Shown here piece after piece: positions 55,318 through 64,000 of a DNA stretch of 64,000 bases. How positions within the stretch are numbered: position 1 is the stretch's first letter; each line of letters begins with the position of its first letter. This DNA is from a virus, in IMG/VR virus record IMGVR_UViG_3300033144_005525, positions 95,402-159,401 of that record, one strand, 5' to 3'. The translations under genes were made by a program, and so were the position numbers. Below the pieces are notes generated by a model that was given only the letters and a program-made list of their open reading frames with translations, was not told the DNA's origin and did not search any database.

Positions 55318-56730
55318 ATGGACACGGTCGACGTTCGCCTAGTCATACACGAGCCGGGTAAGGCTTACGTCTCCGACATGTTGTGGCTACCAAAGGACAG
55401 GGTGCGTGCGGCCGCTGTCCAGGAAGCCCTCCAATTCTGGGACACCAAGAAGGACGACTCTGGAAGGATGATGCCCTTCTTAGTCAAGCTATGGGATGAG
55501 ACACCCAACCACACCATCGTTCCCAGGGAATTCATCACCCCCGACCAGTACCAGAACTACCAATTCCCCTTCATCGATCTAGCTCCTCGCCAGTTCACAC
55601 GAACCCATGTAGGAGAGAACATCAGTTGGAGGAACGAAGACCAAGAGAAGGCGTGGAGAGCTCTCCAGAAATCAGATGGAGGGATCCTCAACCTAGCTTG
55701 CGGTAAAGGAAAGACTGTCCTTGCTCTCAAGAAGATAGCCGAGATGCAAGTACCCGCTCTGATCGTGGTCAACGACGGCGTTCAGTTTGAGCACTGGAAG
55801 GGAGAGATCGAGCAGCACTTGATCCTCCCTCCCGGTGAGTCCGTTGGTGAGTTCCAGGGGAAAACGAATGACTGGAAACACCCGATCACGATAGCCACCA
55901 TCCAAACCTTAGCTACTAAGGTGAAGAAGGGCAGTCTACCTGTAGGATTCAGTTCCTGGTTCGGGGCATCGTGGTTCGACGAAGTACACCACTTAGCTGC
56001 CCCTTTCTTCGTACTGGCTGCCCCTCTTGTTCAGGGAAACAGGTTTGGGCTCACAGCGACAGCCAGTCGTCTAGATGAGTTGCAGTGGATCTACAACTAC
56101 CACATCGGTGGGGTGTTCTACACGGACCTGAGACAAGACCTGATTCCTTCTGTGTACTTCCAAGAGACAGACGTCGTCGTGGATGAAAACACGGACGATG
56201 TCAGGGATAAGCGCGGTGAGCTGAACATTTCGAAGCTCAGATCGTTTCTCGGTAGGAACGAGCGGAGTCTCGAGGTCAGGGAATATTGCATCCGAGAAGC
56301 GCTGGACACAGGAAGGAAGATCCTGTGCATTAGCCACTCGAAGGACATGCTCTACGAACTGAGTGAGAGGTTTCAAGACTCAGCTTTATGTATTGCGGAG
56401 ACCCCGCAGCAAGATCGAATCCCTCTAGTGAGGGCTAGCCGCATCGCTTTTGCTATTGCCAAGTTGGGCATCGAATGTTTGAACGATTCAGCTCTCGACG
56501 CTTTGTTTATCTTGACAGAGCTCAGCTCCCCTAATGATCTGCAGCAAATGCTTGGGCGGATTCAACGAACTCATCCGAACAAGAAGCCTCCGGTGGCTGT
56601 CATCTTCGACGACAAAGGGATACAGAGGCTGCACGGACTGCTCTACAAGGCAAAGAAGTACTTGAAGCGAGAGGGTATACCGTTCAAGACGCTGCCACTG
56701 CCTACAGCTCTCATCAAACAACACACATAG
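55318..56730 (+). CDS. SF2 DNA helicase (UvsW/XPB-like)
   Basis: LACGKGKT, FDEVHH, GLTAT and QMLGRIQR motifs. Confidence 0.9.
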   Translation: MDTVDVRLVIHEPGKAYVSDMLWLPKDRVRAAAVQEALQFWDTKKDDSGRMMPFLVKLWDETPNHTIVPREFITPDQYQNYQFPFIDLAPRQFTRTHVGENISWRNEDQEKAWRALQKSDGGILNLACGKGKTVLALKKIAEMQVPALIVVNDGVQFEHWKGEIEQHLILPPGESVGEFQGKTNDWKHPITIATIQTLATKVKKGSLPVGFSSWFGASWFDEVHHLAAPFFVLAAPLVQGNRFGLTATASRLDELQWIYNYHIGGVFYTDLRQDLIPSVYFQETDVVVDENTDDVRDKRGELNISKLRSFLGRNERSLEVREYCIREALDTGRKILCISHSKDMLYELSERFQDSALCIAETPQQDRIPLVRASRIAFAIAKLGIECLNDSALDALFILTELSSPNDLQQMLGRIQRTHPNKKPPVAVIFDDKGIQRLHGLLYKAKKYLKREGIPFKTLPLPTALIKQHT

Positions 56731-56738
56731 GGGGGAGG

Positions 56739-57461
56739 ATGGAAAAGGCCAGTTACCTGACCTCGATGCAGCAGTCTTGGAATACATGCCAAGGCTGTTT
56801 GCTCTGCAACGAGAGACAGTCAGTAGTTTTTGGTTACGGGAATCCGTATTCTCAAATCCTCATCGTAGGTGAGGCTCCCGGAGAACAGGAAGATCTGCAG
56901 GGCCTCCCATTCGTGGGAGCTGCTGGGCAGCTTCTTGATCAGTATCTTGCTACGGCTTCCATCGATCCTCGCTTGATGGAGCTAACAGCCGACGACAAGT
57001 TCCCACCAAAAGAACTGCGAGAAATACTCAAGGACACGACGTTCTACACCAACGTTGTATCTTGCAGGCCTCCAGAGAACAGAGACCCAACCATTAAAGA
57101 GGTGGTTGCCTGCAGAGCTCGGCTGATCGAGCTCATCTACACAGTCGATCCAGTGTTGGTGATAGGCGTGGGTCGGATAGCTTCAGAAGCGCTCCTTAGG
57201 AGAAAGATCAGCATCACCCAAGTACGAGGGGAATTGTTCGATATAACCATTCCCGGAAGGTTGATCGATGTCTCTTATCCTATGCTTGCCGTCCTCCATA
57301 CCTCCTATCTGCTGAGGGTCAACGACTTCAAGCAGAAGGGTGGGATGAGCGACAAGACGTTCTACGACTTACTACTGGCAGGTCATTTGGTGGACTGGTT
57401 CAACTGGCTCCACTACAAACAACCCCTATCGAAAGATCGAATCGAAAGGAAAATGCGATGA
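56739..57461 (+). CDS. Uracil-DNA glycosylase family 4
   Basis: CQGCLLC..R Fe-S motif, VGEAPG..ED..G.PFVGAAGQLL, TNVVSCRPPENRDP and HTSYLLR. Confidence 0.9.
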   Translation: MEKASYLTSMQQSWNTCQGCLLCNERQSVVFGYGNPYSQILIVGEAPGEQEDLQGLPFVGAAGQLLDQYLATASIDPRLMELTADDKFPPKELREILKDTTFYTNVVSCRPPENRDPTIKEVVACRARLIELIYTVDPVLVIGVGRIASEALLRRKISITQVRGELFDITIPGRLIDVSYPMLAVLHTSYLLRVNDFKQKGGMSDKTFYDLLLAGHLVDWFNWLHYKQPLSKDRIERKMR

Positions 57462-57979
57462 AGAAGGATAGCGTCAATTCCAACGATGAGTTCCTCTCCG
57501 ACGACACCAAGAAGTTGGTGGCTTTGTTCGAGCAGAAGGAAGCCATATTCCAAGCGAAGCTCAACTACTTTTTCGATGCTTACGGAGACGACCTCACAGC
57601 TCTGGACAACTCTCGGGAGGAGATGAACGCAGCACTCGACGATGCCCGCAGAGAACTCCGTGCCGATGCAGAGCGTGCTCCCTACACCAAGGTGAAGACG
57701 ATCAAGTTCGGGGGCTTCTCCATCGCGAAGAAGTGGTCCAGCTGGTTCATCGTGGACATGTTCGTGTCTCTGGTCAGGAACTGTGGGATGTACGACTCCG
57801 CGGTGGCTGAAGGAGTCATCCAGGAGAAGACAGAGGTCAATGGCAAACTGGCAGAGGAGTGGTTGCGGAAGAACAGCCTCACTCAGCAGTTCCGACAGGC
57901 CGAAGACGGTAAAGAGCTCACTCCGGCGATCTCCGGCCCCAAAGCCATCGCTCCGTTCGGTTCTCCCAAGAAGAAATGA
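57458..57979 (+). CDS. Hypothetical protein
   Basis: ATGA overlaps on both sides; coiled-coil N-terminal half. Confidence 0.7.
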   Translation: MKKDSVNSNDEFLSDDTKKLVALFEQKEAIFQAKLNYFFDAYGDDLTALDNSREEMNAALDDARRELRADAERAPYTKVKTIKFGGFSIAKKWSSWFIVDMFVSLVRNCGMYDSAVAEGVIQEKTEVNGKLAEEWLRKNSLTQQFRQAEDGKELTPAISGPKAIAPFGSPKKK

Positions 57980-58341
57980 ACCACATCAACGCAACACCAA
58001 CTCGTCTGGTGATGCGCTACAACATCACCATCAACAAGCAACCCCGACCAGACCTGGGAGAGGTCTATGAAGGAGAGGTTCCCATGTCAGATCAGGAAGC
58101 AGCAGGCCTAAAGGGCCTTCTCGGAGACATGAACAGCAAAGTCACAGTCAGCCGAGAGCTGGGCAAAATGGATTACGGTAATGGGGGCAAGGTCTTCGTT
58201 TCCGTTACTCTCACCTGTGATCAATCAGAAGAGGGTGCTGCGTCTGCGGCCAGTTGGGCAAACCATCTGGCGGACAAGTACGTCACTGAGTACTACCAGG
58301 TGATGGAGACCAAGCTGGCTCAACTCGGCCTCGTTCAATGA
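57976..58341 (+). CDS. Hypothetical protein
   Basis: ATGA overlaps on both sides. Confidence 0.7.
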   Translation: MNHINATPTRLVMRYNITINKQPRPDLGEVYEGEVPMSDQEAAGLKGLLGDMNSKVTVSRELGKMDYGNGGKVFVSVTLTCDQSEEGAASAASWANHLADKYVTEYYQVMETKLAQLGLVQ

Positions 58342-58709
58342 AGCTAGTACGGGAACCCAGCAAGATTGTCGGCGTTCGGGTCGGTGAGTTCTCCGTGAAC
58401 ATGATTACGGGGGGAGGGTTGAAGGCCAAATACGTTTTACTTCGGGACCCTGAAGGAGATCACGAAGGGATTAACGCCGGGTCGTACACCAAGGAGGCTG
58501 ATTTCTCCGAAGACACCATGGAGGCTCTACAGAGACTGATCGTCTGCATGGAGAACGACGTGGTGCCCGAACTCTTCGAAGTGAAACGAAAACTGCCGGA
58601 GGATCTCAAACCCTCGCCAAGTGCTGAAGAAAAAGATGATGAAGATCGCCTTGATTTTCCTCAGATACCGACGCTCGGGGTCGATGGCAAGTCAACTCCG
58701 CAGATCTAA
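58338..58709 (+). CDS. Hypothetical protein
   Basis: ATGA overlap with the upstream gene; acidic tail. Confidence 0.7.
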   Translation: MKLVREPSKIVGVRVGEFSVNMITGGGLKAKYVLLRDPEGDHEGINAGSYTKEADFSEDTMEALQRLIVCMENDVVPELFEVKRKLPEDLKPSPSAEEKDDEDRLDFPQIPTLGVDGKSTPQI

Positions 58710-58808
58710 CCCCTTGAACAAATCGGCCTGACCCTGTAACGAATTAAGTCGGGCTGTATCTCGTGTTCCAGCGAGCGTTTGGGGAAATTTAGGAGGTCGC
58801 ATTAGAGG

Positions 58809-60176
58809 ATGGCTGCCAACCTCGAGTACCAAGTTGTCTCAAAAATCATCGAGACGCAGGACTTTCACTCGATCGAGAGGCTGCGAGTAGATGATGACTT
58901 TTTCTTCTCACCAGAGTGCAAGACCATATTCAAGTACCTGTGGCAGCACTTCCACCAAGCTGAGACTTTCGGCTACATACCTAGCTTCCAGATAGTCCAG
59001 CAGATCTTCCCGGGCTTTCCGTACACACCGTCCTCCGACAACATCGACATTCTAGTAGACCAACTTAGGTTGGCGAAGATGAAGGTCGATCTGCTGGAAT
59101 ACGCCGAGAAGATACAGCAGTTCGCAGACTACAACCCGAGGGAAGGGTTGACCTTCCTACGGGAAGCTTCATCGACGATGTCCACTCGTCACGAGATGAC
59201 GAACGACATGCTGTTGTCCGATGTCTACGACGACCTACTGAATGACTATCACCTAGTCGCTTCAGGGAAGGGAATCACTGGGCTTCCGTGGCCTTGGTAC
59301 CCTTTGAACGAAGCCACTCAGGGAATTCATCCTGGTGAGTTCATTCTGATCTACGGCAGACCGAAGAACATGAAGACGTGGACTGCGCTCTACATAGCGA
59401 CCATTCTTCATCTGCACTGCAACGTACGGGTGCTGATCTACAGCCTGGAGATGCACCCCAAGCAGATACTCCGTCGCGTGGCTGCTATCAGAGCCATGGT
59501 CAACTACAAGTCCCTGCTTTCTGGGAAACTGCAACAGCCTGACTATTACCGATTCTTCGAGCATCTCCAGTCTCTAAAGATGGACAAGGTTCAAGCCATC
59601 CAAGGGGTTGATTCGGTCAAGGCTGGGTTCATGGTCACTTCAGGTAAGGGCTCCAACGGAATCAGCTTTCTGCACTCCAAGATCCGAGAGTTCAAACCTC
59701 ACATCGTGTTCGTAGATGGCCTCTATCTGATGCAAGACGATAGGCAAAAGAAGAGGACCATTGACTGGAAGGCAATCGCCCACATCAGTCAGGACATGAA
59801 GATCACTGCTCGAGAGTTCGAAATCCCCATCATCGCTACAGCACAAGCGAATCGTGGAGCAGCTAAGACCAATCCAAAGGATGCAGATGTGTCGGAGATC
59901 GCCTACTCCGATGCCTTGGGGCAAGACACGGACTTCTCCATCCGAGTCACCAAACGGATGGATGAGCAAAATGGTAACCCAGAGTTGGTCCTATCGTTTC
60001 CTGGAAGTAGAGAAACCGATCTGGATGCTTTCCTCATCAACGCAATACCTGCCCTCAACTTCGATCTGAAGAGTCTCCACGTAACTACTAAGGAAGAAGA
60101 CAGTAAGAAGGATCCTCCGGAGAAGAAGGCGGACAAACCACCTACCATCCAGGCCAGTCGGTTGAGGGGTACCTGA
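58809..60176 (+). CDS. dnaB: Replicative DNA helicase (DnaB/SF4 family)
   Basis: GRPKNMKT, YSLEM, VDGLYLM, AQANR and IAYSDALGQDTD motifs. Confidence 0.9.
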   Translation: MAANLEYQVVSKIIETQDFHSIERLRVDDDFFFSPECKTIFKYLWQHFHQAETFGYIPSFQIVQQIFPGFPYTPSSDNIDILVDQLRLAKMKVDLLEYAEKIQQFADYNPREGLTFLREASSTMSTRHEMTNDMLLSDVYDDLLNDYHLVASGKGITGLPWPWYPLNEATQGIHPGEFILIYGRPKNMKTWTALYIATILHLHCNVRVLIYSLEMHPKQILRRVAAIRAMVNYKSLLSGKLQQPDYYRFFEHLQSLKMDKVQAIQGVDSVKAGFMVTSGKGSNGISFLHSKIREFKPHIVFVDGLYLMQDDRQKKRTIDWKAIAHISQDMKITAREFEIPIIATAQANRGAAKTNPKDADVSEIAYSDALGQDTDFSIRVTKRMDEQNGNPELVLSFPGSRETDLDAFLINAIPALNFDLKSLHVTTKEEDSKKDPPEKKADKPPTIQASRLRGT

Positions 60177-61243
60177 TGCAGGACTACATCATCGACTTAG
60201 TTAGACGGTATGTAGACGACCGAATACGTAGGTCAGGTGATTCCAACATCTCTTGTCGTTGCCCCTTCCATAAAGGCGGGCAAGAGTCGAGACCCTCCTT
60301 CTCTGTGAACGTAGAGCTGGGAGTGTTCAACTGCTACACCTGCCATGAATCAGGAACGATTCCGACCCTTCTCACCATGCTGGGTCTGCCTCCTGAGACT
60401 GTCGATCGTGAGACAGAGGGTATTCGTGACCAGATCAAATCAAACCTCGAAGATCTGAATCGACGGAAGACTCAACAGTTCTTCCATCACAATCCATTCC
60501 GAGCTCCCACAGTGCTCAGCGAGACCTTCCTCTCGGCCTTCGATTGGTGCCCTACTCTGCTAATCAACCTTGGGTTCCAGTGGCAGTGGCTGAAGTACTT
60601 ACAGATCGGCGTCGATCGAATCAACAATCGAATCACGTATCCCGTTCGAGACATCTACGGGAACCTGGCTGGGTTCGTTGGTGGGGCCACCATGGCTGGT
60701 CAGTTACCCAAGTACAAGGTCTACCAACCGGAGAAGAAAGAGATTGGAGGTCATGTCACACCAGGGGACTACGGTCAGTGGTTCCTAGAGGATTATCCAG
60801 GGTACGAATTTAGGAAGAGCCAGTACCTATGGAATTACGACCGGGTGTATCCACGGCTCTTCTTTGGAAAGGAGGTAGACACACTAATCATCGTTGAGGG
60901 ATTCAAAGCGTGCATGTGGCTGCTACAAAATGGCTTCAAGAACACAGTCGCCTTGATGGGTAGCAGCCTCTCCGAGAGGCAGAAGCAACTGATTCTCAGA
61001 GTGGATACAAGAATCCTCCTCTTCCTGGACAACGATGCTGCAGGTCAGGAAGGGACTAGCAAGATAGGTAGAAATCTCCAAAAGGCAGTGCCCACGGTAT
61101 GGGCGGTACGTTATCCAGACGGTGTTTCAGAGGACTGTCAACCCGACGACCTCGACTACGCAAACTTGCGAAGCGCTATAGGAAACGCACCTCTGTTCCG
61201 AGATTGGAAGAAAGAGAAAACATCATGGGTCTCAGTAATCTAA
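60176..61243 (+). CDS. dnaG: DNA primase (CHC2 Zn finger plus TOPRIM)
   Basis: CPFH...PSFSV...FNCYTC, IVEGFKA, VALMGS and LDNDAAG motifs. Confidence 0.9.
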   Translation: MQDYIIDLVRRYVDDRIRRSGDSNISCRCPFHKGGQESRPSFSVNVELGVFNCYTCHESGTIPTLLTMLGLPPETVDRETEGIRDQIKSNLEDLNRRKTQQFFHHNPFRAPTVLSETFLSAFDWCPTLLINLGFQWQWLKYLQIGVDRINNRITYPVRDIYGNLAGFVGGATMAGQLPKYKVYQPEKKEIGGHVTPGDYGQWFLEDYPGYEFRKSQYLWNYDRVYPRLFFGKEVDTLIIVEGFKACMWLLQNGFKNTVALMGSSLSERQKQLILRVDTRILLFLDNDAAGQEGTSKIGRNLQKAVPTVWAVRYPDGVSEDCQPDDLDYANLRSAIGNAPLFRDWKKEKTSWVSVI

Positions 61244-62781
61244 GAAACGCAGCCTCCCGCATGGGCGGTGGAGGCAAAGGCAAGGGAAAAGGCGGTTACT
61301 ACGCAAGGTGGCAGCCTCCCAGCATCACTAGGAACGCTCCGAAGCTGACTCCGGCAGATGTGCAGCAGCACGCAGAGCCAGTCGTCTTCATCGCGGCAGA
61401 ATATCCCGACAAGTTCGACATCAGTCAGATCACGGGACAGCCGACGATTCAACCGGCGTTCAACCACAGGTTCCATCGCTACGTCCACACATACCAAGGT
61501 GGACAGAGCTTCCGAACCGTCACCTGCACAGCAGGTCCGGATCCCCATGCTCCGCAACCCTGTCTGGGTTGTTGGAAGATCGATCAGAAGGAGTGGGACG
61601 AGAAGACCTACGGAACTCGCACGAGTTGGGCCTTCAACGTCGCTCGCCTCTCGGCCTACCACGACATGCCCTACATGAAGGATGGGCAGATCCAATACAA
61701 GCAGGACAAGCCGAGTGAGCCTGTCATGATCAGCAGGTCTTGCCAGGGGCAGTACGGTACGGTCGCAGACCGTCTCTACTGGGGACCTCAGGGACGCAAC
61801 AAGCAGTGCACAGGCTGCCAGCAGAACGCTCCCGTCCGATTGGGAAGCCACTGCTACCTCGAGCTAGGGAAGAACCACCTTCTCAACTTGCTCGACTTCG
61901 CCGACAACGTCCTAGGCAAAGTGTGCCTGAACTGCAACACAGGTCTGGTGAAGATCGGGTTCTCTTGCAAAAGTTGCAAGCAATCCGTCCTCGACATCGC
62001 TCAGAGCGGATGGACCAACGAGCAGATCAAGGAGTTCCAGGACCAGGCAGTACGGTGCCCACACTGTGGAGTGACCGAGCTCCCGGACCCGGACTACGAC
62101 TGTGGCTACGACGACAAGGGATTCTCCAAGATCCAGGGAGGTTGTCCCGAAGAGAATGAGCCGGTTCCGCTGTCGCTGTTCGACGTGGTGGTGTGGCTTC
62201 ATCGTGAGGGAGAGGGGACGCAGTCGGCGCTCTCCGTGGCACAGTGGTGCCGACTCACTGAGGCTCCCTTCGGTAACAGTGGGGAAGCTTCCGACATCAC
62301 GTCGTGGGTGAAGGACCAAATCGTTCCTCAGATCTTCGACTTCGAGGATCTGTTTGGGACGGACACTCAAGGTCAGGCCAAAGCGCTCAAGTGCTTCGAC
62401 CCATTCACCCAGCAGAACCAGCAGAGCTTCCACAGCTACGGTCAGGCGCCTACGGTGGCTCCTGGAGCACCTCCTCCCGCTCCTCCACAGCCTGGTTACG
62501 CTCCCCCCGCTGCCGCTCCGCAGGTAGCTCCACAGGCTGTTCAAGGGATGCAGCCTGCCATGACTCCTCCCTACGTGGCTCCTCCCACCATGACTCCTCA
62601 GGCGGCACCGCAACCCGCTGCCATGCCTCCTCAGCAGCCAGCGATCGCTCAGCCTTATCCCCCTCAAGCAGCTCCTGGGGCTCCGGCTCCCGCTGCAGCA
62701 CCACCTGCAGCACCACCTGCAGCACCGGCCTACCCACAGCCTCCCTCTCCGGGCGGCAGGCCGCCTTGGGGCAACCCGTAA
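61225..62781 (+). CDS. Putative single-stranded DNA-binding protein with Zn ribbons and a Pro/Ala/Gln-rich tail
   Basis: Located between primase and polymerase; H...TC...CLGC core reminiscent of gp32-type SSBs; several CxxC pairs; likely start MGLSNL at 61225. Confidence 0.5.
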   Translation: MGLSNLRNAASRMGGGGKGKGKGGYYARWQPPSITRNAPKLTPADVQQHAEPVVFIAAEYPDKFDISQITGQPTIQPAFNHRFHRYVHTYQGGQSFRTVTCTAGPDPHAPQPCLGCWKIDQKEWDEKTYGTRTSWAFNVARLSAYHDMPYMKDGQIQYKQDKPSEPVMISRSCQGQYGTVADRLYWGPQGRNKQCTGCQQNAPVRLGSHCYLELGKNHLLNLLDFADNVLGKVCLNCNTGLVKIGFSCKSCKQSVLDIAQSGWTNEQIKEFQDQAVRCPHCGVTELPDPDYDCGYDDKGFSKIQGGCPEENEPVPLSLFDVVVWLHREGEGTQSALSVAQWCRLTEAPFGNSGEASDITSWVKDQIVPQIFDFEDLFGTDTQGQAKALKCFDPFTQQNQQSFHSYGQAPTVAPGAPPPAPPQPGYAPPAAAPQVAPQAVQGMQPAMTPPYVAPPTMTPQAAPQPAAMPPQQPAIAQPYPPQAAPGAPAPAAAPPAAPPAAPAYPQPPSPGGRPPWGNP

Positions 62782-62798
62782 ACCCTAACTAGATAGCT

Positions 62799-62843
62799 GA
62801 AGGGAGCCCACACTCTGCACTTGCGGGGTGTGGGTCTTCCTTT
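62799..62843 (+). terminator. Long hairpin or terminator between the SSB-like gene and the DNA polymerase
   Basis: gaagggagcccacactctgca-ct-tgcggggtgtgggtcttccttt. Confidence 0.6.
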
Positions 62844-62863
62844 GGCTCTCTCATGGGATCTTC

Positions 62864-64000
62864 ATGGCGAACTGGAACCTGATACCGCCTTGTGAGTGGT
62901 TGGATACAGAGGAACAGGTCATCGAGGCCAGTACCTATTTGGTCAACAACCCCAACAAGGAGGTAGGCTTCGATACCGAGACCACAGGTCTCCACTACAT
63001 CCGAGATTTCCCACTGATGTTCTCCTTGTCGGACGGAGTTCGTCGCTTTGCTGGGATGTGGGATCCATGGGGCAACCACTACGCAATTCAGAACTGGTTG
63101 CTTGAGAATCCTGAGATCACCATCATCGGGACTGGCATCAAGTTCGACATGCACATGGTCGCCAACCGAGGGATCACCATTAGAGGAGATGTCATCGATA
63201 CCCTCGTCATGGATTGGCTCTACGACGAGAACCGGTGGAACCACGACCTCAAGGCAACTGCCAGGGACCACTGCGGTATCAAGATGCGGGACTTCAAAGA
63301 AGTCTTCCCGTTTTTACCTAAGAAGAAGGACCGACCTAAAGACACTGCTGGAGCCGCTATCATGCGGAAGATTTCTACTCCAGAAGGCTTCGAAGAAGCG
63401 AAGGAGTACGCAGGTCTTGATGCCTTCGCTTCCTTGAAGGTCAGGGACTTCCTACGGGATCGGCTCAAAGAAGACACCCTCCGCAAGAACTACTCGTTTT
63501 GGCAGTACTTCAAAGACTGGGAGGTCGACTTCACTCGTGTGCTCTGGAACATGGAGCGCCGTGGATTCATGCTCGCCACCGGACATCTCCGAGCTCAGAT
63601 CAAGCCGATGGAAGCTGAGATAGAGACCCTCAAAGGGAAACTCGCACAACTGGTTGGGTACCCACTCAACCCAGGCAGCACCAAGCAACTCAAGGCCCTG
63701 TTCTTCGATCATCTACAGCGAGTACCAATCAAGTACACCAAGGGTGGGAAGTCGGGCATCAAGAGCCCATCCACAGATGCAGAAGTACTAGAGACATGGG
63801 CAGAGGATGGGACTCCTGATGCTCCTGATGGTTGCCCCTACGCAAAGCTCATCATGGAGTGTCGTGGGGTGGTCAAGACGAAGGGTACCTACATCGAAGG
63901 TCCTCTAGAGCTCGTGGATGACAACCTACGTATCCACACTCAGCTCAAGCAACACGGAACAGTCACCGGCCGGCTGAGCTCCAAAGAACCCAACCTCCAG
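62864..64000 (+). CDS. polA: Family A DNA polymerase with a 3'-5' exonuclease domain (truncated by the window end)
   Basis: Manual translation from ATG 62864 gives FDTETTGL (ExoI), IKFDMHM (ExoII), YAGLDA (ExoIII), NPGSTKQL and GTVTGRLSSKEPNLQ; absent from the ORF track because there is no stop codon. Confidence 0.92.
   Translation, partial: MANWNLIPPCEWLDTEEQVIEASTYLVNNPNKEVGFDTETTGLHYIRDFPLMFSLSDGVRRFAGMWDPWGNHYAIQNWLLENPEITIIGTGIKFDMHMVANRGITIRGDVIDTLVMDWLYDENRWNHDLKATARDHCGIKMRDFKEVFPFLPKKKDRPKDTAGAAIMRKISTPEGFEEAKEYAGLDAFASLKVRDFLRDRLKEDTLRKNYSFWQYFKDWEVDFTRVLWNMERRGFMLATGHLRAQIKPMEAEIETLKGKLAQLVGYPLNPGSTKQLKALFFDHLQRVPIKYTKGGKSGIKSPSTDAEVLETWAEDGTPDAPDGCPYAKLIMECRGVVKTKGTYIEGPLELVDDNLRIHTQLKQHGTVTGRLSSKEPNLQ

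Noticed and set aside
58713-58745. Sigma70-like promoter TTGAAC-17 nt-TAACGA before dnaB
   Set aside because: The -10 element lacks the conserved final T; too weak to call.
62440-62760. Short tandem DNA repeats (gcagcaccacct) as a repeat array or CRISPR
   Set aside because: They encode the Pro/Ala-rich protein tail and have no repeat-spacer structure.
1-64000. tRNA, rRNA, CRISPR arrays, integrase, inteins, alternative genetic code
   Set aside because: None was recognised by eye. ORFs are long and intact under the standard code with all three stop codons used. tRNAscan or Infernal would be needed to exclude small RNAs formally.

Overview
This window is a 64 kb segment of a large tailed dsDNA bacteriophage genome with a contractile tail (myovirus type); I saw no cellular housekeeping genes, tRNA, rRNA or CRISPR array. 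The minus strand carries the virion module: tail tube, tail sheath, neck proteins, major capsid protein, prohead protease, terminase large subunit, baseplate spike-like protein and portal. It also carries a class II ribonucleotide reductase and a 2104-aa single-chain beta-beta' RNA polymerase. The plus strand carries regulatory and replication genes: a clamp-like protein, an HTH regulator, RNase HII, an SF2 helicase, family-4 UDG, DnaB, DnaG, an SSB-like protein and a family A DNA polymerase cut by the window end. Main signals: (1) a K-x-A and F-x-D-E-L-x-K-I-A motif recurs in about 20 head-region proteins and sits at the borders between enzymatic modules (C39 peptidase, ART-like, two pyrophosphatase-like domains) and glycine-zipper modules, which suggests a capsid-targeting and polyprotein-processing system for injected cargo; (2) a probable programmed -1 frameshift (C CCU UUC plus a hairpin or pseudoknot) joins two glycine-zipper genes; (3) an HNH endonuclease insertion is flanked by three synonymously recoded copies of the neighbouring gene's NGFYGGW-stop ending; (4) a tail-sheath domain is grafted into a duplicate of a 48-aa protein; (5) a GG(G/C)ATAAG motif precedes four non-virion transcription units and is a candidate phage promoter. 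All calls come from motif reading by eye; no database searches were run.
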